Source: Candidatus Magasanikiibacteriota bacterium
GTDB lineage: Bacteria; Patescibacteriota; Patescibacteriia; Magasanikbacterales; UBA922
Length of the DNA: 64,000 nt
NCBI GenBank assembly: GCA_021648085.1
Contig: JAKITS010000001.1
Span: 915,201 to 979,200, forward strand
Direction: 5' to 3'
The notes beneath the pieces were generated by a model, which did not search any database, was not told where the DNA came from, and worked only from the letters and a program-made list of their open reading frames with translations. A program made the position numbers and the translations under genes. This document shows, piece by piece, positions 1-9,319 of the stretch. How positions within the stretch are numbered: position 1 is the stretch's first letter; the number at the start of each line of letters is the position of its first letter.

Positions 1-77
1 AATTTCTGGCTTTTTTATTTTGGGGATATTTTTTAGAGTTTTATTTTATTCTTTCTGTAATATATCTTGTTTTTTTA

Positions 78-86
78 TGGTATAAT
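78..86 (+). promoter_or_regulatory. Extended -10 promoter (TGGTATAAT) upstream of palindrome copy 1 and the SpoIID-like gene
   Basis: TGnTATAAT consensus in AT-rich intergenic DNA. Confidence 0.55.
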
Positions 87-99
87 TAAATATCAGATG

Positions 100-257
100 A
101 GACTATCTCAAAATATACTTTCATTATTAAAATTTCTAAATTTTGAGCGAGACGAAAAGAAAAAATTTTTGCTCAGCCTTAACTTCGGAAATATTTTTTC
201 TTGAAGTCGTAGCCAAAATTTTTATATTTTAATAGAAATGATGTTTTGAGATAGTCT
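100..257 (+). repeat. Dispersed ~160-bp imperfect palindrome, copy 1
   Basis: Ends agactatctcaaaa / ttttgagatagtct; core ttttGAGCGAgac...gtcGTAGCcaaaa shared with 16757-16916 and 28282-28444. Confidence 0.9.
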
Positions 258-279
258 TTAATCAAATTTAATCTTTTTT

Positions 280-2151
280 ATGATATCCTCAAAAACTATG
301 ATTTTTTTTAGAAATTTTTTTATATTTTTATTATTTTTAACACCTTTTATTTTTGTAAATGATGTGTTAGCAATAGACCATCCAACTATCCGAGACACAG
401 GATTTTCTGCAAAATATGTAGATCAATCTATTGGTGATCCTATAGTAATTCCAGCAGGAACAAGTGAAACTGTCACAATCCGATTTAAAAACACTGGTAC
501 AAAAGTGTGGTATGCTGGTGGATCTAATTTTATTTCTGCTTATACAATTGAGCCAAAATATCACGACTCATTATTTCGTGGTTCAAACTGGATTGGAAGT
601 GATCAGACTGCAACAATTTCTAAAGATACTTATCAAGGTCAAATTGGAGAGTTAAAAATAGACCTAATAGCTCCAAATAAAGTCGGGGAATACACAGAAA
701 AATTTTATCTTGCAGCAGAAAATTATAGTTGGGTTCGTGGAAGTTATTTCTTTTTAAAAATTAAAGTAATAAATGCTCCAGAAATACAAAAAGCAAAAAT
801 TACGCAAATTGAAAAAGTAGAAACTAAAGAGGAGGTTTCAACAACAATTTACAAAGCTCAGCGTTTTATTTTGAATAAACCAGAAATCACAGCAGTTGGA
901 GGAGAGCAAATAAAAATAATTTTGGGTTATCAAAATGTGGGGGAGTCTGCATGGCAAAATTATTCTTTTGTGGCTGGTGGCACAAGTGTGGCAAGTGGAG
1001 AATTTGCGTCTTTTGCAGATGCTAGCTGGCAAGACAAAAATACTATTTTACAAAAAAATAACCCTATTTCTTCTGGAGGAATTTTACGAGAGACTTTTTT
1101 TATGCGTGCTCCAGCAAAACAGGGAAATTATACTGCTAGATTTCAGTTGAAAGTAGATGGTACAGTATTGGGCGATGGAATTGTGGAAATTCCAATCACT
1201 GTCACATCCGATGCACCCTCACATTATGTTGAGCCAGTTCTTAGTGGGGAACCAATTGAAATTTACAGATTATCACAAGAACCTAGAATTCGTGTAGGGC
1301 TTTGGCGAGATGCAAATTTTGTTGAGTTTGTTTCTGATGAAGACAATTATAATGTTTTTGAAGGTACAGTTTTGATAGGTATTTTACCTCGCGGAACTCT
1401 TGCAAAAATGAGTTATTCTGCTGGAATTTATACTTTTAGCGGTGGTGGAATTTCTCTGAACACAAAAAATTATATTAGACTTGAGCCTATTTCAAATGAG
1501 CGTGCAGTTTTTACACTTCGCAATTATGAAAGGCAGGTTTCATGGAAAGGTCCTAGAAATTTCAATAAATATAGAGGAGCTGCAGAATATAGAGTGACAC
1601 AAGATGGCGCGAATGTTTACCTTATAAATGACGTTTTGTTTGAAGATTATACAGCTGGAATAGGAGAAACTACAAATTATGACAATGTAGAATACATAAA
1701 AGCTTTGTTAACTTCAGCTAGAACTTACGCATATTATATCCAGCAATATAGTAGTAAACATGATAAACGCAATTTTGATGTGGTAGCTCATACCGGCGAT
1801 CAGCTTTATCTTGGTTATTTGCACGAGACTTTGGCGCCAAAAGTCGCAGCCGCAGCTACTGCTACAAAAGGTTCAATTATAACTTACAATGGAACTCCAG
1901 TGATAACACCATATTTTGGAAACACAGATGGTAGAACTAGAGCATGGTCCGAAGTTTGGGGAGGTGAAAAGCCTTGGCTTGTTTCTGTAAAAGCAGACTA
2001 CGACCTTCGTGACGGCAAAAGTTTGTTTGGTCACGGAGTAGGTATGAGTCAACGAGACGCAGAAATCCGCGCCGACGAACTGGGATCTAGTTGGGTTGAT
2101 TTGGTTAAATATTATTATACTGGTGTAGAGGTGGAGAAGTTTTATAAATAA
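280..2151 (+). CDS. Exported SpoIID/LytB-domain protein with two N-terminal Ig-like (NBR1-like) domains
   Basis: Signal peptide; FKNTGTKVW / YQNVGESAW Ig-like repeats; ALLTSARTYA, DQLYLG and GHGVGMSQ...KYYYTGVEV SpoIID motifs. Confidence 0.8.
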   Translation: MISSKTMIFFRNFFIFLLFLTPFIFVNDVLAIDHPTIRDTGFSAKYVDQSIGDPIVIPAGTSETVTIRFKNTGTKVWYAGGSNFISAYTIEPKYHDSLFRGSNWIGSDQTATISKDTYQGQIGELKIDLIAPNKVGEYTEKFYLAAENYSWVRGSYFFLKIKVINAPEIQKAKITQIEKVETKEEVSTTIYKAQRFILNKPEITAVGGEQIKIILGYQNVGESAWQNYSFVAGGTSVASGEFASFADASWQDKNTILQKNNPISSGGILRETFFMRAPAKQGNYTARFQLKVDGTVLGDGIVEIPITVTSDAPSHYVEPVLSGEPIEIYRLSQEPRIRVGLWRDANFVEFVSDEDNYNVFEGTVLIGILPRGTLAKMSYSAGIYTFSGGGISLNTKNYIRLEPISNERAVFTLRNYERQVSWKGPRNFNKYRGAAEYRVTQDGANVYLINDVLFEDYTAGIGETTNYDNVEYIKALLTSARTYAYYIQQYSSKHDKRNFDVVAHTGDQLYLGYLHETLAPKVAAAATATKGSIITYNGTPVITPYFGNTDGRTRAWSEVWGGEKPWLVSVKADYDLRDGKSLFGHGVGMSQRDAEIRADELGSSWVDLVKYYYTGVEVEKFYK

Positions 2152-2208
2152 AAATTTCTTATTATTATTATGGTGTATAATATAAAAGTTATTAATTAAT
2201 TTAAAAAT

Positions 2209-2676
2209 ATGAAAAGTTCCTTAAGTTCTATAATAATTACAATTGTACTTACAACTTTAATTGTTGGAAGTGCTAGTTATTTAATATTTAATAAATCTGA
2301 AAATAACGAATGTTTTAAAACTTACCAAAAAGATAATATAAGCTTTGAATATCCTTGCGATTGGGGAAAAGATATAACAAATAAAGAAACTTTGGGTGAA
2401 ATAGGAACAGCAGTGGCTCCAGATGGTCAGGCATCATTTCAGTATCCTGCTATAGAAATAGGATTTTCATTTGGTACAGAATTAGTTAATGAGTTTAATA
2501 CAACAATTAATAATAAAAAATATCCAACTAAAAAATTTGAAGGTCTTGGTGTAACTTATCTTATTTTTGAAATGGGAACAGATGTTCATAAAAATGGATA
2601 TAATATTTCATATATTTATACAAATTCAGAACATGAAGATGATTTAAAACATATTATTGAAACCTTCAGGTTTTAA
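2209..2676 (+). CDS. Membrane-anchored hypothetical protein, PsbP-like fold possible
   Basis: N-terminal TM helix followed by ISFEYPCDW motif. Confidence 0.6.
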   Translation: MKSSLSSIIITIVLTTLIVGSASYLIFNKSENNECFKTYQKDNISFEYPCDWGKDITNKETLGEIGTAVAPDGQASFQYPAIEIGFSFGTELVNEFNTTINNKKYPTKKFEGLGVTYLIFEMGTDVHKNGYNISYIYTNSEHEDDLKHIIETFRF

Positions 2677-2692
2677 ATAAAAAATTCAAAAA

Positions 2693-2719
2693 AAAAGAGC
2701 AGAATATTTCTGCTCTTTT
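2693..2719. terminator. Bidirectional intrinsic terminator
   Basis: aaaagagcagaa-tat-ttctgctctttt between convergent genes. Confidence 0.8.
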
Positions 2720-2726
2720 GACTTTT

Positions 2727-3272
2727 CTAAGCCGATTCAAATTTAACTTCAAAATAACCAGGACTTTCTACTTTTTTAGATATTTTAATCCAATGAGTCT
2801 CACAAATTATTTGTAGAAGAGCAAAAAAATCATTTTTATTTTGAACAAAATAGGCTGGAATTACACCTCTATTTCCCAATTCTATTTCTACGCAATTAAG
2901 AGCATCGTCTTTTTCAGGAATAATTTGGATAAGTTTTCTTTCTTCATCCCAAACTAATCCATTTTTATCCCTTATTACAAAATATTTATAATCATATTTT
3001 AGGCATAAAGTGCAGGCCCACCTTCCATGTCTTACATATGGCTTGTTTATACCCCTTCCAAGAGTAAAAGCCAAAAATTCTACAAATTGTTTGAAATGTG
3101 AAAAACTTTTAATAAAATCAATTTGCTTTTTTTTGTTTTTTATAAAATAAATATTTTGCCACAAACCATTTTCATAGTTTAATATTTCCAAACACTTTGT
3201 GTCCGGATAAAAAATAAATTTTGCGCCAAGCATTATGGCAGTTCTGCTACCTTTTTTTGTACATATACTCAT
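2727..3272 (-). CDS. Orphan hypothetical protein (SD-led)
   Basis: 181-aa ORF, AAGGAGGAG SD, TTGACA at 3337-3332. Confidence 0.65.
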   Translation of the reverse strand: MSICTKKGSRTAIMLGAKFIFYPDTKCLEILNYENGLWQNIYFIKNKKKQIDFIKSFSHFKQFVEFLAFTLGRGINKPYVRHGRWACTLCLKYDYKYFVIRDKNGLVWDEERKLIQIIPEKDDALNCVEIELGNRGVIPAYFVQNKNDFFALLQIICETHWIKISKKVESPGYFEVKFESA

Positions 3273-3341
3273 TTTCTCCTCCTTTTTATTGTAAAGGTAC
3301 TAATTTATTTGTACCATATATTAATTTTTTTTGTCAATAAA

Positions 3342-3364
3342 AAACTACTTTTTAAAAGTAGTTT
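3342..3364 (-). terminator. Intrinsic terminator of M42 peptidase gene
   Basis: aaactactttt-t-aaaagtagttt inverted repeat at the stop codon; loop is very short. Confidence 0.5.
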
Positions 3365-4571
3365 ATATTTGTGTAATTTTATCAGCTTTTTGAAGTTGAG
3401 GATGGTTGGTTACAAAATAATTTTTATCTAATCCTTTTAGGTTTATATATTGTATAAGGTTGTATACGGCATATTGTAAGGACATAATATCACCTGTGTG
3501 CGCTAATTCTGACGCTGTGTGCATATATCGAAGCGGTACACCAAGCGACATTGCTACTGTGTCTCTACCAACTTTTACACCAGAACTTGCATCTGTTCCA
3601 GTATCTCTTGAACATATAACAGTTTGATATGGAATTGACTTTTTCTTTGATTCTGTTATTAAAATATTATTTAATATTGGTGATATCATTGCACCACAAA
3701 CTACTGTGAAACCATTCCCAATTTCTGTCTCTGGAAAATTTCTCCAAAGTATGTTCGGGGTGTTTACATAGTCGTGACTTACATCAATTGCAATCAAAAT
3801 ATCGGGTTTAAAATTTTCAACAGCGACCATACTCCCATATCTACCAATTTCTTCTTGTGCGGAAATAGTAAAGAGTAGTTGAATATTTTCTAAATCTTGT
3901 ATTTTACTAAACATTTTAGCAAGTTGAACAACAGTAAAGCATCCAACACTATTATCTAAATATGGCCCAGAAAAAATGTTAGTAAAAAGTCTTTTTTCAA
4001 TTTTTCTATCAAAAATAATAGGATCTCCGGGTCGTATACCAAGGTTTTTTAGTTTATAATCAGCATGACTTCCATAAACACCAAGCTCCAAATATAAAGC
4101 AGAGCTAGAAACGCCTTTTTTTCCAGAAATTAGAGATTGACTTGCTAAATGTATTGGCGGAATTCCTTCTATTGTGCCATAAAAAACATTAAATTCTTTT
4201 GGATTATCTGGTTTACGGCTAAAAAGTTTGACTTTGTTAGATATAAGAGATGTTGGTAAAAAAGAAGAGCTTGATATTTTGATTTTTCCGTCAGCTTCTA
4301 TATGTTTTACTTGAAGTCTAATTTTATCAGAATGTCCAACCAACATTATTTTTAAAGGATTACTTTTTTTGCGTTCTGTTTTTAAAACAATTCCAGCATT
4401 TCCAATAAAACTATGAATAGTCCAGCTTTTTTTATTTTCTGTAATTAGTTTTTTAAAAATTGGGTGTATAACCCCGTAAGTTAATGCACCTTCCAAATTA
4501 CTTGGGCTTGGTGCTTCTGCAATTTTTTGTAATAAGAAAAAATCTTCTTCCGACATTTTTTTAATGAGCAT
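3363..4571 (-). CDS. M42 family (M20/M28 clan) metallopeptidase
   Basis: GHSDKI, LDNSVG, QEEIGRYG, AIDVSH, TGTDA, RYMHTASE motifs; AAGGAGGG SD. Confidence 0.85.
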   Translation of the reverse strand: MLIKKMSEEDFFLLQKIAEAPSPSNLEGALTYGVIHPIFKKLITENKKSWTIHSFIGNAGIVLKTERKKSNPLKIMLVGHSDKIRLQVKHIEADGKIKISSSSFLPTSLISNKVKLFSRKPDNPKEFNVFYGTIEGIPPIHLASQSLISGKKGVSSSALYLELGVYGSHADYKLKNLGIRPGDPIIFDRKIEKRLFTNIFSGPYLDNSVGCFTVVQLAKMFSKIQDLENIQLLFTISAQEEIGRYGSMVAVENFKPDILIAIDVSHDYVNTPNILWRNFPETEIGNGFTVVCGAMISPILNNILITESKKKSIPYQTVICSRDTGTDASSGVKVGRDTVAMSLGVPLRYMHTASELAHTGDIMSLQYAVYNLIQYINLKGLDKNYFVTNHPQLQKADKITQI

Positions 4572-4629
4572 TCGACCCTCCTTTGTAGGTTTCTATTTTA
4601 TTTTTAACATATTCTTATGTCTTGTGTCA

Positions 4630-4660
4630 AAAAAACCTTGGGTTTAACCCAAGGTTTTTT
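4630..4660. terminator. Intrinsic terminator downstream of recA
   Basis: aaaaaaccttgggtt-t-aacccaaggtttttt. Confidence 0.8.
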
Positions 4661-4663
4661 ATA

Positions 4664-5722
4664 TTATTTTTGAATTTTTTCTTTTTTCCCAGGTTTTCCT
4701 TGTTCTTCTGGTGGAGCAATTCCTTTTTCCAAAACTTCCCAAATTTGTTTTCTAATTTTTTCCATCAATTTTTTATTTGCCTTTATATATTGTTTTACTT
4801 TTTCTCTTCCAACTCCTAATTTTTCTTCTCCAAATGTGTAAGTATTTCCAGACTTGTCTATTACTCTGTATTCCACACCAACATCTAGTAAATCTCCTGG
4901 AATGGAAATCCCTTCATTATACATAATATCAAACTGAGTTGTTCTAAATGGTGCTGCAACTTTATTTTTAACAACTTTAATTTTTACCCGATTTCCAATT
5001 ACTTTATCTCCTTGTTTTATCTGAGCAGCCCTTCTTATTTCAATTCGTATAGAACAGTAAAATTTCAAAGCATTTCCACCGGTTGTAGTTTCAGGATTTC
5101 CAAAAAATACCCCAATTTTATGACGGATTTGATTTATAAAAATTACAATTGTTTTGGATTTGCTTACAACTCCAGTTAATTTACGAAGTGCTTGGCTCAT
5201 AAGTCTTGCCTGCAAACCCATGTGAGATGCTCCCATGTCGCCGTCTATCTCTGCTTTGGGTACAAGCGCTGCAACCGAGTCAATAACTACCACATCCACA
5301 GCATTTGAGCGTACAAGAGTTTCTAGAATTTCTAATGCTTGCTCTCCAGTGTCTGGTTGAGAAATCAGCATATTATCAACATCTACACCAATTTTACGAG
5401 CATAGTCTGGATCTAGCGCATGCTCTGCGTCTATAAATGCTGCGATTCCACCTTCTTTTTGTACCTCTGCAATTATATGTTGCGCCAAAGTTGTTTTTCC
5501 ACTTGATTCTGGCCCAAAAATTTCCAAAATTCTTCCGCGTGGTACACCTTTTACACCAAGTGCAATGTCCAGTGAAATAGAACCAGTAGAAACTGTTGCA
5601 ATATCCATTGTTCTAGACTCACCAAATTTCATTATAGCACCGTCTCCATATCTTTGTTTTATCTGGTCTATCGCGCTTTGAGCCGCTTGCATTTTACCCT
5701 TCTGCTCGTCTGATTTTGTCAT
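4664..5722 (-). CDS. recA: Recombinase RecA
   Basis: [36 protein letters not shown]. Confidence 0.99.
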   Translation of the reverse strand: MTKSDEQKGKMQAAQSAIDQIKQRYGDGAIMKFGESRTMDIATVSTGSISLDIALGVKGVPRGRILEIFGPESSGKTTLAQHIIAEVQKEGGIAAFIDAEHALDPDYARKIGVDVDNMLISQPDTGEQALEILETLVRSNAVDVVVIDSVAALVPKAEIDGDMGASHMGLQARLMSQALRKLTGVVSKSKTIVIFINQIRHKIGVFFGNPETTTGGNALKFYCSIRIEIRRAAQIKQGDKVIGNRVKIKVVKNKVAAPFRTTQFDIMYNEGISIPGDLLDVGVEYRVIDKSGNTYTFGEEKLGVGREKVKQYIKANKKLMEKIRKQIWEVLEKGIAPPEEQGKPGKKEKIQK

Positions 5723-5826
5723 ATTTCCAATATTTATGGTTAAAAAAAGAGGATTAATTAAGGACTTTTAATAAAGCCCAAACCCTCTTGATGATAGTGT
5801 ATTCGTTTTATTTTTGTATGTCAAAT

Positions 5827-6525
5827 TTACTCAATGTAAGAAAATTCTTGATTTTCTTTTAATATAATATACCTTGTTTCTGTTATAGTTTTACCATATT
5901 TTTTTTTCGCCGAAATTGTAATTGTGTTTAAACCATTATTCAAATTTATGGTTTCATTAAACTCACCACTTTCTGTACTTTTAATATCTTTTCCATTTAT
6001 AAAAACATTTACCCCGGGCTTTGTTTTTCCGTGAACCTCCGCTGTGTATTCTTGGGTTATTTGACCATTTTCAGGTGAATAAACTATTAACGAAGGGGGT
6101 TTAAGTATGTTTTGTATTTGAAAACCCAAATAACTAAAAAAACCTAAAATAATTGCAGAAACCAAAATAATCCTTAAAATAAGTGGAAGGTTGTGGGACG
6201 AGTAGTTCGTTTTATTTTGTTTTGGTATTACTGAATTTGTGGATTTTTTTGTGAGAATATTATCTAAAACCCCTTCATTTATTTTAATCTCTAAATAATT
6301 CGCATATTTTTTTATAAAATTTTTTTTATAAATATCTGCAAATGGCAAACTATCTAAATCACCAGATTCTATAAGTTTTAGATAGTGTTTTCCAATTTTT
6401 GTTTTTTTTGATGCTGTCTCTAAGTCTATTTTTGAGAAAATCCTTTCATTTTTTAGGTTTGTGCAAATATCCAAAATGATATTCCCATCTTCTTGAGCAT
6501 CTTGATTATTACTGTTCTTCATCAT
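5827..6525 (-). CDS. RodZ-like HTH membrane protein with C-terminal Ig-like domain
   Basis: N-terminal HTH (KIGKHYLKLIESG...YANYLEI), one TM helix, LNNGLNTITISA Ig motif; downstream of ftsK; start uncertain. Confidence 0.7.
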   Translation of the reverse strand: MMKNSNNQDAQEDGNIILDICTNLKNERIFSKIDLETASKKTKIGKHYLKLIESGDLDSLPFADIYKKNFIKKYANYLEIKINEGVLDNILTKKSTNSVIPKQNKTNYSSHNLPLILRIILVSAIILGFFSYLGFQIQNILKPPSLIVYSPENGQITQEYTAEVHGKTKPGVNVFINGKDIKSTESGEFNETINLNNGLNTITISAKKKYGKTITETRYIILKENQEFSYIE

Positions 6526-8815
6526 ACGGATTATCAATTTGCTCATTAATTTTTATATCTACACTTTCTTGATTTTTGACTTCTTCTTGAAAAATATTAA
6601 GCTCGGCACCGGTATCATTTGTTTGTGGAATATTAGAAATTTCTTCCTGACTCAGTGGAACTTCTGCTATGCTTGTGTCGACTAATATATCACGAGGTTT
6701 TGAGCCTTGTTGTGGCCCTATTATTCCAGCGTCTTCTAACTCATCCATAAGCCTTGCTGCGCGAGCATAACCAACGCGCAGTCTTCTTTGTAGGTACGAG
6801 GCACTAGCTTTTCCCGCTTCTATTACTAATTTTTTTGCATCGTCAAAAAGTAAATCTTTTTTGTGTCTAGATCCTCCACCAAATGAGTTTGTTTTTCCAT
6901 CTCCATCGCCTTCGTCATCTTTTGAAATTATGTTTGAGTCATAAATATTTTCTCCTTCTACTTTTAAGAATTTTACAACATTTTTTAACTCTTCTTCAGA
7001 GATAAAAGCTCCTTGAATACGAACGGGTTTTGAAAGGTCGGCTGTTTGTAAAAGCATATCTCCTTTTCCGACTAGTTTTTCAGCCCCAGGAGAATCCAAG
7101 ATTGTGCGAGAATCAATAAGTGAAGCCACAGAAAAAGCAATTCTACCAGGGATATTTGCTTTCATAAGACCAGTAATAACATCTACGCTTGGTCTTTGTG
7201 TTGCGACAATTAAGTGAATTCCTACAGCTCTAGCCATCTGTGCCAAACGAATAATTCCAGACTCTACCTCGTTCGCTGCAGTTGCCATAAGATCAGCAAG
7301 CTCATCTACAATAAAAACTATATGCGGTAATTTTGTGTCCGGGTGTTTCAAATTGTAAGAAGTAATGTCTCTATTTCCTGCTTTTGCAAGAGTTTCAAAA
7401 CGCCTATCCATTTCGTTTATTGTCCAGCGAAGAGCGTTTACAGTGTCTTGAGTATTCGTTATTACAGGTGTCAAAAGATGGGGAATTCCATTATAAAGAG
7501 TAAGTTCTACTCTTTTTGGGTCAACCATAATCATACGAAGTGTTTCTGCTGTGTTTTGAAAAAGTAGACTCATTATAACTGTGTTCATACATACAGTTTT
7601 TCCAGATCCTGTAGAGCCTGCTATCAAAAGATGTGGCATCTTTGGTAGATCAGCAAACCAAACCTTACCACCCACATCTTTTCCAAGTGCTATCATCATT
7701 CCATGTTTTCTTGCTTTAAAAATCTTACTTTCTAATAACTCTCGAATACTCACTAGTGCTGCTTTTTGGTTTGGAACCTCTATCCCAACCAAAGATTTTC
7801 CAGGTATTGGAGCTTCAATTCTAATGGGATGAGCGGCCAAAGCAAGTGCCAAATTGTTTGTAAGAGATGCAATTTTAGAAAGCCTTACTCCGCGTGCGGG
7901 TGTAAAAGAGTATTGAGTGACTGTTGGTCCAACACGAACTTCTCCAATTTCTACATTTACTCCAAAATCGCTAAGTGTTTCTTGAATAATTCTAACATTT
8001 AATTTTATATCTCCGCTTGTCGGTTTTCCTTTTCTAGTGGTTAAAAGTCGAATTGGTGGCAAGTCTTTAATTACAACTTTTTGACCCCATGACTCATCTT
8101 CGGGTTTTTTTTCTGGTTTTGCAAGAAGCTCTTCTTTACTTTTTATCTTACGAGCCAGAAAATTACCAACACGACTTTCATTATCACTTTCTGTACTTCC
8201 TTCTTTTCCGTACATTCCATTTATTTTTATATCATCTTTTTTGGGCTTGCTTTCAAAAAACTCTGCACCACCAATAGTATTTTTGCCGATAGATCCTACA
8301 CTTCCCAAAGCTTTTCTATTTAAGTGTATAAAATAGACTATACTTGTGTTGAAAAGTAGTAAAAGCGAAACACATACAAAGCCTATTAATAAAATTAAAC
8401 CCGCGGTATTGCCTAAGTATGTTTTTAATGGCCAAGCAAACATTCCAAAAATACCTCCACCTTCTCCGTCTAATGCTTTTAGCCACATCTGACTTGCATC
8501 AAATTTTAAATGAAGTAATCCGGCGGTAGATAAGAAAAATAAAAAAGCACCAATTCCATGAGTTGTTTTGTAGTTGTATTCTACATCTTTTACAAAAAAC
8601 CAGGCTAAAATTGCCAGTACAATAGGTACAAAGTATCTGGAAAATCCAAATAGTGAGCTTAAAATCCATTTATCTATTATAATTCCGACTGTTCCAGCAT
8701 TTTGAAAAAAACTTAAAGTAACAATTATTGCTAAAACTAAAATAAGAATCGCAATAATACCGCGAGATAAGTTGGGATTAAAGGCGTCTATCTGTTGCTT
8801 TTTCTTTCTTGGCAT
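6509..8815 (-). CDS. ftsK: DNA translocase FtsK/SpoIIIE
   Basis: N-terminal TM helices; PHLLIAGSTGSGKT, VDPKRVEL, DELADLM, gamma domain SYLQRRLRVGYARAARL. Confidence 0.97.
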   Translation of the reverse strand: MPRKKKQQIDAFNPNLSRGIIAILILVLAIIVTLSFFQNAGTVGIIIDKWILSSLFGFSRYFVPIVLAILAWFFVKDVEYNYKTTHGIGAFLFFLSTAGLLHLKFDASQMWLKALDGEGGGIFGMFAWPLKTYLGNTAGLILLIGFVCVSLLLLFNTSIVYFIHLNRKALGSVGSIGKNTIGGAEFFESKPKKDDIKINGMYGKEGSTESDNESRVGNFLARKIKSKEELLAKPEKKPEDESWGQKVVIKDLPPIRLLTTRKGKPTSGDIKLNVRIIQETLSDFGVNVEIGEVRVGPTVTQYSFTPARGVRLSKIASLTNNLALALAAHPIRIEAPIPGKSLVGIEVPNQKAALVSIRELLESKIFKARKHGMMIALGKDVGGKVWFADLPKMPHLLIAGSTGSGKTVCMNTVIMSLLFQNTAETLRMIMVDPKRVELTLYNGIPHLLTPVITNTQDTVNALRWTINEMDRRFETLAKAGNRDITSYNLKHPDTKLPHIVFIVDELADLMATAANEVESGIIRLAQMARAVGIHLIVATQRPSVDVITGLMKANIPGRIAFSVASLIDSRTILDSPGAEKLVGKGDMLLQTADLSKPVRIQGAFISEEELKNVVKFLKVEGENIYDSNIISKDDEGDGDGKTNSFGGGSRHKKDLLFDDAKKLVIEAGKASASYLQRRLRVGYARAARLMDELEDAGIIGPQQGSKPRDILVDTSIAEVPLSQEEISNIPQTNDTGAELNIFQEEVKNQESVDIKINEQIDNPYDEEQ

Positions 8816-8939
8816 AAAATTATAATGGTTTGTCTGCGTATTAGGTTGTGCTATAATATAGAATAAATAAATTATATCATAGGAATCATCTTAATAAAAC
8901 ATCTTTAAAGTAGTTTTTACTAAAACGGTCTGTGTTTAT

Positions 8940-9319
8940 TTGACAAAATTAAGATAATAGTATATAATTATGTTCGCTTTTATTTTCACTTATTTTTGTC
9001 GTTTATTTTCGATGAAATTAAGTGTAAAGCAAGGGTAATGACCGCTTTAAAAAATCTACGCCAAACGATAACAAATCGTGAGTGCGCGGGTTATTGCACG
9101 GGAGTGTACAAAAGTAGGAAACCATGCAACAAATCGAAAGAGGGATAAATTAAAAGTAATTAAGAGCGTTCTTAAGTAAAGAGCGTATTTTTTGTTAATT
9201 AAATAAGGAAATTTAGTATAAAAAATTTGACTTTTTCAAATTTTTACATTTTTTAAATCATAACACACTTAGATTTTTCATTCCAAAGAAAATTCTATTA
9301 ATTGTTTCTTATAGGAATT
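8940..9319 (+). promoter_or_regulatory. rpoB promoter (TTGACA-17-TATAAT) and long structured 5' leader
   Basis: TTGACA at 8940, TATAAT at 8963; several hairpins in ~350 nt before the ATG. Confidence 0.6.

Noticed and set aside
100-257. 160-bp palindromes as canonical integron attC sites or IS ends
   Set aside because: No RYYYAAC/GTTRRRY ends, no cassette array, no integrase or transposase in the window, and terminal sequences differ between copies
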